The translations under genes and the position numbers were made by a program. DNA of 64,000 nt, from positions 3,362,515 to 3,426,514 of the forward strand of contig CAJINV010000002.1 in assembly GCA_905178155.1 (NCBI GenBank). The letters are read 5' to 3'. Within the stretch, counting starts at the first letter, position 1, and every line of letters starts with the position of its first letter. Below, in pieces: positions 45,001 to 57,072 of this stretch. This DNA is from Amoebophrya sp. A120. Lineage: Eukaryota > Protista > Dinoflagellata. The notes under the pieces are model-generated. The model had not been told where the DNA came from, did no database searches, and saw only the letters and a program-made list of their open reading frames with translations.

Positions 45001-48000
45001 AATGCCGCCGAAAAGGAGGACACGTCCGGCTGCTGCCTACTTCTAGTTTTCTTAATACTCGCTCTGATAATCGCGATCGGGATAGCGGTGTATTTTTTGT
45101 TTTTCGCGGATAGTGCAACAGAAGAAAACGACAGTGAGGAGGAAAGGAGGAGAAATAGAAACAAGCGCAGCCGGGATAAAAAGAAGAACAATAGAGACGA
45201 TGATAGTACAACTACAGATACCATTCTCACGTTTGGTGTCATTGAGAGAGCCTTTTTGAACGCCGGATTCGCGGGGCAATACGCTACGGATTTGGCAAAG
45301 CAGGTGGTGTTTGACGAAAGATGTGAGGATGATGAAGAAGTTCTAAAGCCTGAAACGTCGAGTAATGATGCGCAAATCTTAAGCCGCGTGAAAAGCCTAC
45401 TACCTTCCTCGTCGGTGGATACTACGAACGAAAGGAAGTCTTCATCCTCGTCGTCATTGCGTGTCGGAAAACTCCGACGCTTCTTACGCGGCTTACTGAG
45501 AGCCCAAAAGCCCAAGTGGAGGGCTGAGCAATTGGCGCTGCCTTCAAGAAAGTCATCCTTCGAAGACCACAGTAAAATGGACAGCAATGCCAGCTTGGAT
45601 CTTGAAAACGCAACTAAAGGGGGAGTCACTCTACTTACCAAGAAGCAAGCAAGACGCGTAGTGCATCAAAACCTCGGATACTCAGACGAATTCGCGGCGT
45701 ACGCCGCTGGGAAACTGGCTAAAACCGCGGAAAGGGCGGAGATGTATCAATTGGCCCAATTAGTGGATACAGGTGAGGAATTGCAAAAATGGCATTGGGA
45801 GGACTACGTCGACAGCAAAAGCAAAGACAACGAAGACGAAAGCTTGATGCGAGCCTTTGCGAAAGCTGTGGCGGAAATGGAAGAGAACAGGAAGAGCAGA
45901 ATGTTGAAAAGTAGGAACAACAAACAGAAAGACCACAAAAATGCACGGCCGCAGGTCTCTATTCATCCAGAGTTCGACTTCGATATAGCCGACTTTACTG
46001 TCGACGACGCGAGGTTTCGTTTAGAATCCAACATCGGCTTGAGCGAGAAAATGGCGGCGTTTTTGGCTCCGAAGCTGGTGAAAAAGGCCCGGGAAGTTGT
46101 GTATGAGGGGGCATATGTGATAGTCGGGGGAAGCAAAGACGGCGGATCTGGTACTGGCAGCAACGGGTCGTCTGGAAGTAACGCAGCTGCTTCGACGATG
46201 AATCGGTTACCGAGGTTTGCGAAACTTGCGTTTCGTTCCTCAACATCCAAACAAGACCACTCAGCTGATTGGGAAAACTGGGAAAAACACTGTGAAAAAG
46301 CCGATAGGAAGCTTATGAAAGACGCGATAGAGAAAAGGAAAAAATCAAGCAAAGACGAGCATCAAGAAGTCTCCAGTTCTGATTCAGACAGTAAAAGAAA
46401 GAACGCCGACGACAGTCACAGTGAAAAAGCTTCTCTGCTGAAAGAGTTTTTCACTAGTGTTTACTTCCGTCACCGCAAGGAGCAGCAGAGGAAGAACAAG
46501 CATCTTACAGGTTTCGCTCTCGACCTTTTCGGAGAGAGCACTCGCAGTGGCGACGGAGATACAACTTCTAAGACGAGTGCGGTTGTTGTGCACAGTAAGG
46601 ATCTTCATCATGTCAAGCATCAAGGCAGTAAGGATAAAAAAGACGACGTGCGTGATAAGGATCATGGCCACGACCATGATCATAATTCCGACCGGAAGTC
46701 AAAAGTTGTGGTCATCAAAAGGAAAAGTAGCGACGATTACGTCGTCGATCCTGGGAAGTCGAAATTGACTAAAAAAAGCGGCGACCATGCTACTTCCGAC
46801 GAAGAGGCAAACAAGTCGAGAAAGGACAACAGAAAGTCGAAAAGTAGGACAACGAAAAGCAATATTAGCGACTTTTCCTCTTTCGGAACGAATACAAGCT
46901 CCGTCGCGTCCACAAACACTGCAGACAGTCACGACTCTTCTGACAGAACCAAGGGAAAAAAGAAGAAAGACAAAGACAAGAAACCCGGCGTCAAAAGAAG
47001 CTTTTTGAAATCGAAAATCCAAGCCACCGGAGCGATTGTCGGTGTGGGGGCTAGTGCAGCTGCCTCATCTACTTCTGCTCGGGGAACGAAAATTAAGAAA
47101 TCTGACATATCGCGGGACAGCGATAATAGTAAGAACACAGCGGATGGAGATACAACAGATAACGACGACAATCAGGACATCACGGTGAAAGTGCGAGACG
47201 GTACCTCCCTGGCGAACGCGTCCTTTGGGACGAAAAAGAAGAAAAAGAAGTCGAACAATCCGATTCTGAGTTTTAGTGGCAGTCTATGAAAGTGCACAAC
47301 TCCCCCCTTTCCCTCATTTGTCATGCAAAATTCCAATTCCACCCTTTGCCTGTTAGCACTGTTTGCATGACAGACTCCGAAATCCAAAACAGCACTACAA
47401 TGCTCTAGAAATTTTTCATGCAAAAGCTGCATCTCTGGCAGCGCTTGTGTTGCTGTCCATGCAACACAAATGAGGGGGAGGGGGATTTGTGCACTCTCAT
47501 ACAGTCCACCTGGTGGAAATACGCCTGATCATACCGATCAGGAAAAACAAGGTGCCGATTCGGATAAAAGTAACTCCGCTCAAGGACCTCCACAGGACGA
47601 AGTGACCCTGCAGTTTCGCGCCGAGTTGGCTTTGGTCGATATTGGATTCGGTCCGGCGCAGGCGAAAGCTCTTGCGCACCGGTTGGCGGCCATGGAGGAC
47701 AAGGATGATGAAAATCAAAATGCAAGCCTCACTACCGAAGAGAAAAATATTGCATCCAAATATGGAAAGAAAAAAGTTTGTCACAGTCACTAACTTGCAG
47801 GTTTTGCATTACAAATTTTTTTAGCATCACAAGTTTTCCTTGTATTGCAGAAACACTAGGGAAATCCCCTATGAAGCTTGGCTGTCATGCATTTTTACGC
47901 ATGACAGCCAGTTTTGTATTGCAAAAATGCGCATGAGTGATCGTGACGAACTTTTTTTGTTTGATACCAAAGGGCTCCACGTGAATACCAAGATCCAGGA

Positions 48001-48637
48001 CTTTCACCAGTTGGCAAACGAGCTCGTTATGAAATGTAAAAATGTCTGGGTCTGGAAGATTGCAACTTGTCATGCTGTTTTTGGACTCTAAAAAAATTTG
48101 TATTGCATGACCAGCAAGAGGAGTGCAATTTGTGCCATACGGACAGAACATTTCTCATGCGGCATACGTATCAGGAAGCTCAATCAAAAACTGTGATGCT
48201 AGGTCATGCATTACAGGCATCAGGGATCATGCAATATATGCATCACAAATCTCTTTCTCTCACTCTTCCAGACCCAGACATTTTTACATTTGATACTCGT
48301 GGCGAAAAAGCAATTCTTTTTCGAGCGGCCGCTCACACCGGGCGAGAAAGCGGAGATTGAGAAGCGACGGAAACAACCTGGCCACAGCGGCACACTGGAC
48401 GCTGACCCGACGCATAGTCGGAAGAGCCGGAAGCCACACCAGCTGCCCACAGACGCGGGGGTTATTCTGCCGCTGTCCATGTTGGGAAAATCGGTGAAGA
48501 ATAAGGGGAGATTGCTGAAAAAAAGGACACTGAGCAAAAAGAACTCGCCCAGTAATATTGGCATGATCATCAAAGGGGCGGAAGGCGAGGAGGGTGGGCC
48601 TGCTGGTGATCGTGGTGATCCACCCAGTAGTCCGTGA
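39042..48637 (+). CDS. Gene G3 (spliced, 8 introner introns): Cys-rich type I membrane protein
   Basis: ORFs 39042, 40333, 41201, 41541, 42772, 47470 and 48206 are linked by introners. Hydrophobic stretch HVVLLALVLVLLLAGG, 6-Cys repeats, TM at ~45031-45105, homologous tail. Start codon uncertain. Confidence 0.8.
40255..40442. mobile_element. Introner, family G (diverged)
   Basis: Weak DR CCAAG/CACGG. Confidence 0.78.
40997..41223. mobile_element. Introner, family G-like (heavily diverged)
   Basis: DR CGTGA/CGAGA. Confidence 0.75.
41415..41725. mobile_element. Introner, family B (right end AGA)
   Basis: DR ACTCG/AGTCG. Confidence 0.83.
42741..42889. mobile_element. Introner, family G
   Basis: DR CGATG/CGATG; near-perfect TIR. 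Confidence 0.94.
43831..43981. mobile_element. Introner, family G (in-frame, stop-free)
   Basis: DR TGTGT/TGTGT; hidden inside ORF 42772-47289. Confidence 0.93.
47285..47501. mobile_element. Introner, family H
   Basis: DR CAGTC/CAGTC. Confidence 0.93.
47761..47966. mobile_element. Introner, family M (opposite orientation to 36366)
   Basis: DR CCAAA/CCAAA. Confidence 0.93.
48028..48295. mobile_element. Introner, family A
   Basis: DR CTCGT/CTCGT. Confidence 0.93.
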
Positions 48638-49776
48638 TCAACATATTTAGACATCATGAATTCGAGATTTACAGCTGTAAATCTTTCAGGTTATCGGTGC
48701 GAAGATGGTGCTGTTGCTGATGTAGAAGTTTTAGTTTACTGCTCATCAGAAATCTCATTTTTGTGTGGAGGTCCCTGATGAACGCATCTGCTCAAAATGC
48801 TCTCTAGACGCAAGATAATTTTTTTTCGCTGGATTTGATAAGATTTGATCGCTTTTGACAGGAGAACTAGTAAAGTGCACAACATAAAGTCGTTGAGGAC
48901 GACCCAGAGCAGCCGCACTGGCGGTTTGCGCAAGGATGCGCACGAGCAACGTGCGTCCCTGCTGCGTGGGGTCATTCCGTGCCGCGCACCTGCTCGCTGC
49001 CTGATTTGATGTTTCATCCAAGCGGCAGATCATGTGGCGCGGTACAGTGGAGAGTGTAGTTGTCCTTCTTCTTTGACAAGATCTCGTCCACAGCAAGAGC
49101 ATGCAATTGCAGTTCAACCAAGAAGTTGCTCAAGCTCACGGAACTTTATTTATATTTTTGCTTAGTTGCCTCTCGGTTTTCAACATCGTGCTTCGGAAGG
49201 GGAAAGAACCAGAACGACCAGTAGTGCCTTCGTTCATTCTCGTCTTATATAAATTCTACTATCGCCCTCGTCGTACGAAATTCGTTTGTCGTGCTGTCGT
49301 AGTTAAGTTTTCGTTTTTTTTTTTTTGCGCAACCGTGCAAACAACATCGGTCTGAATTTCAAAAAAATGTCGGTTTAAATTCATCAGTTTGAAAAACTCG
49401 TTGCCTTGTTCGTTGTCTTTCTTGTGGTAAGCGTATCGTTTTCGTTTAGACGTTCCTAGAATCAGTCCGTGGTTACTTCGTCTAAAGTTTATCCTTCGGT
49501 GACAGGAAGGAAAAGAACGCATGGACACATTCTTCTGTAGAAATGATTAAAAACCCGACGCGCAACCTCCCTTTATTCCCGCTCCCACAACACGCAAGAA
49601 CAGGTCGACAGCGCGAAGCTGAAAGCCCCTTTATTTCTTCCGCTTATTTCCCCAACGACATCGTGTTGCTGTTGTGCAAGAAGTATAGTTGTTGTATCCC
49701 AACTTTTTACTCTTTAAACAACACTCTCTACACGACGACGTAAGGGCCTAGATACTCATTCACAGCAGCCGTCAGC

Positions 49777-52700
49777 ATGGACGCGGCCACGGTGAGGAGC
49801 CGGATCATGCGCCAAGAACGGACGTCTCAGCATCATCACATTGTTCCCACACGCCGACGTGGCCTTCCCTTCTTGCCTGTCGCGTGTACTACTGGTCTCT
49901 TTTACCTCCACCAAGGAACAAGTTCTGACGGGATCATCTCCTCCGTCGCCGGTTATTCGATCATCGCTTTGCGGGCGCAAGAGAAGAATAAACGGAGGAC
50001 GAATAGCATTTCGAGTGCGGGGGCGCCCACCACGTCGATTCATCTTGCTTCACCCAAGATGAACCGCCAGCGCGGCATTGAAGATTTAGTAGTCAAGCCT
50101 CCCAACTACATCGCATCTATTTCAGAATCAAACGGAGGTACACGTACAACTACACCACGAGCTGCGCTTTTGCAAGAGCGACAAGAGCATGGCGAAAAGT
50201 CAACCTCTCGAGAAAAGGTCGAGCTTTCCATCGCAGAACTGGCCATGTCCTGTTGCGACGAGGAGGACAAGCATGAGAACAACAAGCAGGAACATCAAGA
50301 ACAACTGCCGGAAGGAGCTTATTTTGGCGAGGATGTGGAACGTGGCAGAAACGACAAGCATGAACAAGATCTAGGAACTTCTACAGGTACCACGAAGAAT
50401 GTTCTTGACGGAGCTGGAGCAGACGAGGTAGCTCGAACCGCTCCCCCCGTTGTAGCAGGAGGACAACTCCCCCAACCGCCCTCGCCCGGCGAGGGCGTCG
50501 TGCTAGCCGGAACGGCCGGCGGTAGGAGCAGCGAGGAGCACTTCATGCACAGTTCAGCATCCGCATCTTCTTCGACTACGAGCGATGACCTTGCCGAGTA
50601 CACTGAAATTGGCAAGGGGTGGTGCTCCCATACGGATTGGGCGCCGACCGGCTTTCGCGGCGAGATTTTCATTCATCAAACGCCCGACCCGGAGGCGGGG
50701 AAAAACCTGTGTTCCCGGTCGCCCAATTGTCCGGGTTATCAACGCTCGTGCTGTGAATACCATGACGACCACCCCGACCCCAGGGAGCCGCTCTACAATT
50801 TCCTCGTGCACCAAATGCAGGGTTTTACCCCCGTGCTTCCCAACAGTGTGCACATTCCGTCGTGCAGCGCAAACGATCCGCTCGTCCAGGAGATGGGGGC
50901 ACAACAATGCAACGTTCGTAAAGGTTGGGGGGCATACGACTGCATGAAGAAAACGAAAGGCTTTGTCCCCATGGGGCAGTGCACCGGCACTACGCTGAAG
51001 GCGAGTAGCAAGAACTGCGTCCCTCGAGGTGATGGGCCACAAGGATCGGGCAGGACGGAGACCGTATCCGGCCATGTCACCTACGCCCAGTGCCTGGAGG
51101 GGTGCAATTGGCGGGGGTGGTGCACTCACTTCTCTCTGCACCGCAACGCAGGAGCGCTGCAACAATGCACGCTGTATGATGATGCGGCGTGTGATTCGAC
51201 GGAACCAAACGCAAACTCGGACTGCGCGACTATTTCTGCGGGAGAGCTTCCGCCGAACCAGGGGAGCGAGGTGGTCAAAGAGGGCTGCAAACTGATCTAC
51301 CAGTGCACCAGTCCCGTCGAGCACTTGTACGAGAATCTTGGCCCCCGAGGTTGCTCTTGCGGGGGTGAAGGAAAGTCGTGCAGCGCAACGATGACCACAT
51401 TGCCTGTCACACAAGAGAATGCGGTCTGCACAGACCAGACGTGCGAGGCACAGTGCAACATGGTTTGGAATTGCCAGGCCGTGATCCAGTCAACCGACGA
51501 CTCGTGCAAGTGCCTGCTTTTCCTGAGCAAAGACGCATCTCCGGACGCGCGGCCGGACGGAGGCGCCTTTTTTTTTAAAGAGACAGATTCCGTCTGGGAC
51601 AACACGTGTTGGCGCAAGCCTTCCGTGGCGGAAATCGTGGAGGAAATTGCGACCGAGCCGCCCCCGACGGAACTACCGTCAACGACAACTACTACCACCA
51701 CCACGTATCCTGTGCAAAAGTATCGTACTCGTAGTAATCGCAGTCATGCATTAGATGTTGTGCAACAACCTGACCCCTTTCCGCCCGCGGAAAGGGGGGT
51801 AGACGCCCCTCCAGGCGGGTGGCACCCCCTCCCTCCCCCCCCTTTCCGCAATCGTCATCGGCATAAAAAAAAATCGCGCGCGCGCGCTGCGCGCGCGCAC
51901 GGTATTACCGATCCCGCCATAAGAAGACACCTCTTGAATTGTTTGCATGCGCGGCGGGCGTCCGGCTCTTGCCATGTTTTCCATTAAGCGACAAGCGGCC
52001 CGGGGCCGGGCGGCGGCGCGTTTTCCCGCGACTACACGCAGCGCGACCACGGCTTTCTTTGGGGCTCGCCCTGCCTGTGGCCAACCAATGCGCGCAGCAC
52101 AGACATCGCCTAACGGCGTGGCGGGCACGCTGGTGCGTGGTTGCGTGTGTGAAGGGGGGAAGGCGCTGCAAACAGGCCGGCCCCGTTGCTTCCCATCCCT
52201 TCCTCCTGGGCAGGCGCAGGCGCCAGGCAAAGTCACGGGCTGCAGAGGAAAGCCCCCTGCCTGCGAACGCCAGCTAGCTCGTGGCGCCGGAGCCCCACTC
52301 TGTTATTTTAACTTTGCTCCGCATGAGGCGCCACGCATGCAAACCAAATCACACCAAGCCACCCGCGGGCGCCCCTAGATAATGCCGGCCAAGGGGGGAC
52401 ACGGACGCACAACCCCGCTCCCTGACCTGCCTCAGCCACTACATGGCCGGCGGGGGCAGCGCCCGCCCGCGCGGCGCCACCTGCCCCCATGCAGCCAGCG
52501 TTTGGCAGAAGAAACGGGCCCCGCCCGCTACCTGATAGTTTTTTGCGCCGGCGATAGCGAAAGCGCGCGCCGCCTAGTCATGTGGGGCCGGCGAGGGAGG
52601 AGGGCGCCCCGCCGTGCCCCGACGCCGTCGCCGCGCGGCGGAGCCAAACCATGCACAGGATTCATTGACTGCGGGAGCAGAGGCTGCGAGCTTGGCCAAT

Positions 52701-55700
52701 GGAGCGCTGCCGGGCGTTCGGTGCGGGAATGGGGCGCGCACACGGGCGGGGGGGGGGAAGAACGCGCCGCGGGCGGAAGCCTGCGCCAGGCAGGCATGTG
52801 GCCAGGCGGCCCGCGCCTTTGCCTTTGGGCAGTTTGCAGGCCCCATTGGCCAGGGCTGTTCTTTGGGGGGCGGGCGCGCTTTTTTTTTTTCGGCGCCGCC
52901 CTTCTCCACCCTTGCTTGGGTCGGCGTGGCGGCGCGGCGCGGCACAAAAAAGGTCGTGGACCGGCGCCGCGCTGCCGGCTTGCAACGCTCGCACCCACAT
53001 GCGGCCGGCGCCGAGCCGGCAGGGGCCCTGCCCCAGTCCCCGCTCGGGCGCGAAAAAATAGCACCCCCCCCCCCACAACGCTGCGCCCGGTGGACTCCTT
53101 AGTGGTTTTGGGCGGGCGCGTCGAAGGCTGCGCGCGCAAGAGGTATTCTGGGGGGTGGTGTTTTGATTCCAGCGTGCTTCATAAGCTGCGGGGGGTGGGG
53201 GCCTGTGTTTAGGGGCCGGCCCATCTTAAGGGCGGGAAAAAGGGCGAAGAATGCGCGCCGGGCAAGCGCGGCTTGGGCGTGGCTCTCGTTCTTGGCATGC
53301 AGTTGCCGGCCGCCGCGGCAGCGGGGCCCGGTCGCTTGCAGTCTTGCGCGCGCTTGCGGCGTCTAGGTTCTTAGGTTTTTTGGCCGTATCTGGTCGCGGC
53401 GGGCGCATGTGCATGCGCGCTTTTCGGCCTTGGCTCTGCCTTGCAATTCACGCATGAAACTAGCGCGCGCGAAGCGCGCGCCGCCAAAAAAAATGCACTC
53501 GCGCCGATACATAGACCGCGTGCGCGGTGCTATGCCCTTCGTTTGCGCGCGCCCCCCCCCCCGGCCGTCTGACTGGAATGCGTGCGAGCGTGCCGGCCCC
53601 GGCCGCTTGGCTTTCGGGTCTCCTGGCCGGAAGGTGGGTGGGGCCCCCCCCCCCCCTTTCCGCGGGCGGAAAGGGGTCAGGTTGTTGCACAGCATCTTAC
53701 AAATCTCCATCCCAAGGCAAAAAAGCATGATTAACTCCCTTTGTTATGCTGAGCTAATTTGTATTGCAATTTACTACTAGTACGATACTTTTGCAGTTCA
53801 TACCACCACGACAACTACTACCACCACTGCCAGCAGTGCCAATGTTGTCACCAATCCCAATGCAACTTCCACCGAAGCGCCGACAACCGCAACTGTAGTT
53901 GCCAATGCAACCACTTCCACCGAAGAGCCGACAACCACAACTGCAGTTGCCAATGCAACCACTTCCACCGCTTCGCCGCCCGGAGGTGGCCCGCTGCCTC
54001 CACTTACCGTAGATGATTTAGCGGACATTGTGGACGAAGTGGGGGACGACCCAGACGACGTTTTTACCGCCGTTCTTCCCGAACTGGTAAACCGGGGCGC
54101 TGACCCCGAGGAGGCCAAAAATGCGGCCTTGAAAATTGCCATGGCCGTTGCTAACAACGAGGATGTGGAAGTGGCGCTGCAAGAGGCTGTGGATTTGTTG
54201 GAACAAGCGATCGATGAAGACGATCCGAGTGGTTGCTGCTGCTGCGTGATCATTTTTCTGGTTTTCCTTCTTCTCGCCGCGGTTGCAGGAGGGGTGTTGT
54301 ACTACGTATTTTTCCTCTCACCTCCGCGACAACTCTCTTCTCTGGCGCCTAACCAGCGGGACATCAACCCGGATGTGCTGGAAGCCGGCTCCTTCGAACC
54401 AAGGTTTTCCTTCGATGTCGTGGAGAAAGCCTTCCTGGGGGCCGGTATGACACCGGCGTATGCCAATGCCTTAGCGAAGCATATGGATGTGTCAGAGTTG
54501 AAATCGACAAAGTTGAAATAATTTGCCATGCATAAAATGGATGGCAGTTGGAACCCAGTTTTCAAGTGGCGCAAGACAAATTCCGGCGGTCCCTAAATCC
54601 ACTTTGTCATTCTGTTTAGGTAGAGAAGATCGATTTTCTCATGTTACTTCAGCAGCTCGAGCTGTAACCTCAAACAGGCTTACAATCGGCCTCACTTGCC
54701 TGCTCTGCAACGCACGTGCCTCGGGTCATGCATTTTATGCATTACAAATTATTTCAACTTTGATGATTTCAAATCTGACGCTTCCATAAAGCAAGTCGTG
54801 AATTTAGAGCACGTTGAGGACGATGATGAGATGCTCCCGCCGCAGACGGATATCAAATGCAAAAGTTAAAGTGTCTGGGTCTGGAAACTTGTAATGCTGC
54901 GTCGGGAAAAGTGAATGCTCTGTAATGCACAGCCAAGCATGAGAAATATCTGCGCTTCTTTGTGTTGCGTGTTTCGCATGACAAAATGCGTTTTTGCATG
55001 ACAGGCAAAAGGGTCTCTTCTGTGACACGCATCACAAACTTTTTGGTCATGCCAGATCAGCATGACAAATCTCGCAATCTTCCAGACCCAGACATTTTTA
55101 CAGTTGATAACGGAACACGACATGCAAATCATGAGACGGCTAGGCCTCGACTTTTCGACTACCGAGCCCGAGCGGGTGGGCCGGATGCGGTACTTCCTGG
55201 AAGCCGTGGCGCGGAAGGAGCACGCGAAGCACAAAGAATCTGCCGCGGAGAAGGAACAATTAATAAAGGTCGAGAACCTAACCGTCGACGAGGCGACACT
55301 CCGGCTGGAGACGGCGGGCTTCTCTGAAAAAGCCGCGAACTTCATTGCCGCGAAGCTCGTGATGACAGTCCACGATGAAGACGACGCAACCGCGGATGCA
55401 GCCATGCAGCACCTTCTGCGCAGCCTGCAGGCAAACCAAGAGTGGCTAGATCACGCAGACGAGGCCGACCGGGCGCAGCTAAACCAATTCGCCGACGGGG
55501 AGGCCTTGTTTTACACCAATTTTCGGAAAGCCAACGCAAAACCGAAAAAATCCCGGCGCTCGACCATGGTGCTCGACCTGCACGCAGTAGCGACGGACGT
55601 GGGCGACTCCATGCCCGAATTCGGCCAGAAGGAGACCTATGCTCTGCAAAAGTATAAGATCGCACTGCTAGTTCTTGCCTAGTTCTTGTACTACCGCAAC

Positions 55701-57072
55701 ACTGGTGTGTGGTAAGGCCTGTTTCATCCTCGGTAGCTGCGCCAGCATTACAAATTTCATTTTCGTTCTGTATGCGATGAAGCAAATTACTTGAATTTGC
55801 AATGCATTTACAACTGCTTTAAGGGAATGCGATGAAAATTTTGCATTGCATAAGATTCTAGGCATGGTCGATGGGTTTGCGCGTCTGATGCCCCCGAAAA
55901 AGCGGTACGAGCACAAGCTGAACAAAACAAGCCGTGTCTCCGACATCACGAACAATCTTGGCTCGGGACAGTTTGGCCAGCAGCCCGGCAGCAATGCATC
56001 TTCTCCCGGTGGCGTTAGTGACACTTCTTCCGAAGACGACGTCGCGGCGACAGGCAGTGGCGAAAATGATGGGTCCGACGCCTCATCACAACAAAGCGAC
56101 AGTGAGAATGATCTGGGCTACGCACAAAGCGCGGAATTCGGCTCGCTCGAAAATGCGAAAAAAAAGAAACACAACTTACATGCGAAGAAAAAGAAAATCA
56201 TTGGTGCCAACGCAGACAAGAAAGCTGGCGGCGCTCCAAAAAAGAAGAAAACTACTGCGAAAGGGAAGAAAGCGGGGGCGCCGTCCGCAGAAACCTCTTC
56301 CGGTCAGGAAGAGGATGAGGAGGGAAAAAATGCTGACGGCGCATCAGTTTCTTCGGAGGCTGATGGCACAGGTGGAACCAACACCGACATGACCTCTGGC
56401 GACAGCGACATTAGCGAGGAACAACCGCATAAGAAAAAGGTGGTCAAGAAAAAGCTGGTCAAGAAAAAAGACAAGCAACCCGGCGCTCCTGGCGCAGTAG
56501 TTTCGACCCCGTCAACAGCCGCTGCTGCGGATCATGAATTAGACGCTATCAAGCAAGCCGAGGAAACGCTTTTGCAGGAGGCGAAAGCGGCTCTGGTAGA
56601 CGTGGGGTTCACGAAGTCGCAGACGGCGCAAATTGCCATGCGTATCGCCGGAGTCAAAGCGGAGGAGCTGCAATCGCAAAGCATGACGCTCACCGAGGAG
56701 GAAAGAGCGATCGCGGCGAAGGGCTTGGGCGGCGCGAGGATTGTTGATTTAACCGATCTCGTGGACGAGTTGGTGGCGCAAAAAGCCTCGTTTTTCGCAA
56801 AAACGCTATCGCCCGCCAGCACCCTGCAGTCGACGCGGATGAGCGCGGGAGGACAAGCTGTACCAATGTCGATGCTCGCCGGGCGGTGCATGACGGGGCA
56901 GCCCCTATCCACGCTGGCAAGCCGAGCGTCGGCAGTGCTCGCGCAACAGGGAGGTGCGGGCTCACCCTATAGAGATACTGTTGATGCAGCGCAGAAGAAG
57001 GAAAAGGCGAACGCGAAGGCAGGGACCCGGCACAAGAAGTCGAAGGCAAATGTTAAACATGATCAGAAATAA
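49777..57072 (+). CDS. Gene G4 (spliced, 4 introner introns): PAN/apple-like-domain type I membrane protein
   Basis: ORFs 49777, 54030, 55062 and 55846 are linked by introners. Frame is kept across 51706-53802. Thr-rich stalk, TM at ~54234-54317, homologous tail, TAA at 57072. Confidence 0.8.
50596..51620 (+). other. Approximately three PAN/apple-like modules in G4
   Basis: TYAQCLEGCNWRGWCTHFSL..CTLY and TCEAQCNMVWNCQAV..CLLF match the CxxxC..CxxF..CxL spacing. Confidence 0.65.
51706..53802. mobile_element. Introner, family G, split by a nested 1.9-kb DNA transposon
   Basis: DR CCACG/CCACC; family G ends at both sides. Confidence 0.9.
51754..53696. mobile_element. Non-autonomous GC-rich TIR DNA transposon with TTA target duplication (PIF/Harbinger-like)
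   Basis: ~46-bp TIR GATG(T/C)TGTGCAACAACCTGACCCCTTTCCGCCCGCGGAAAGGGGG with 1 mismatch; TTA at 51751-51753 and 53697-53699; no transposase ORF recognised. Confidence 0.88.
53857..53969 (+). repeat. ~48-bp coding tandem repeat (2.4 copies) in the Thr-rich stalk of G4, with NAT sequons
   Basis: CCAATGCAAC(CAC)TTCCACCG occurs three times. Confidence 0.85.
54482..54788. mobile_element. Introner, family I
   Basis: DR AAGCA/AAGCA. Confidence 0.93.
54851..55109. mobile_element. Introner, family A
   Basis: DR ACGGA/ACGGA. Confidence 0.93.
55638..55852. mobile_element. Introner, family G (diverged)
   Basis: DR AGACC/AGATT. Confidence 0.82.

Noticed and set aside
51939-53780. Arg/Gly/Ala/Pro-rich ORFs up to 276 aa as a transposase
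   Set aside because: They overlap in all frames because of extreme GC content, with no DDE or other recognisable motif.
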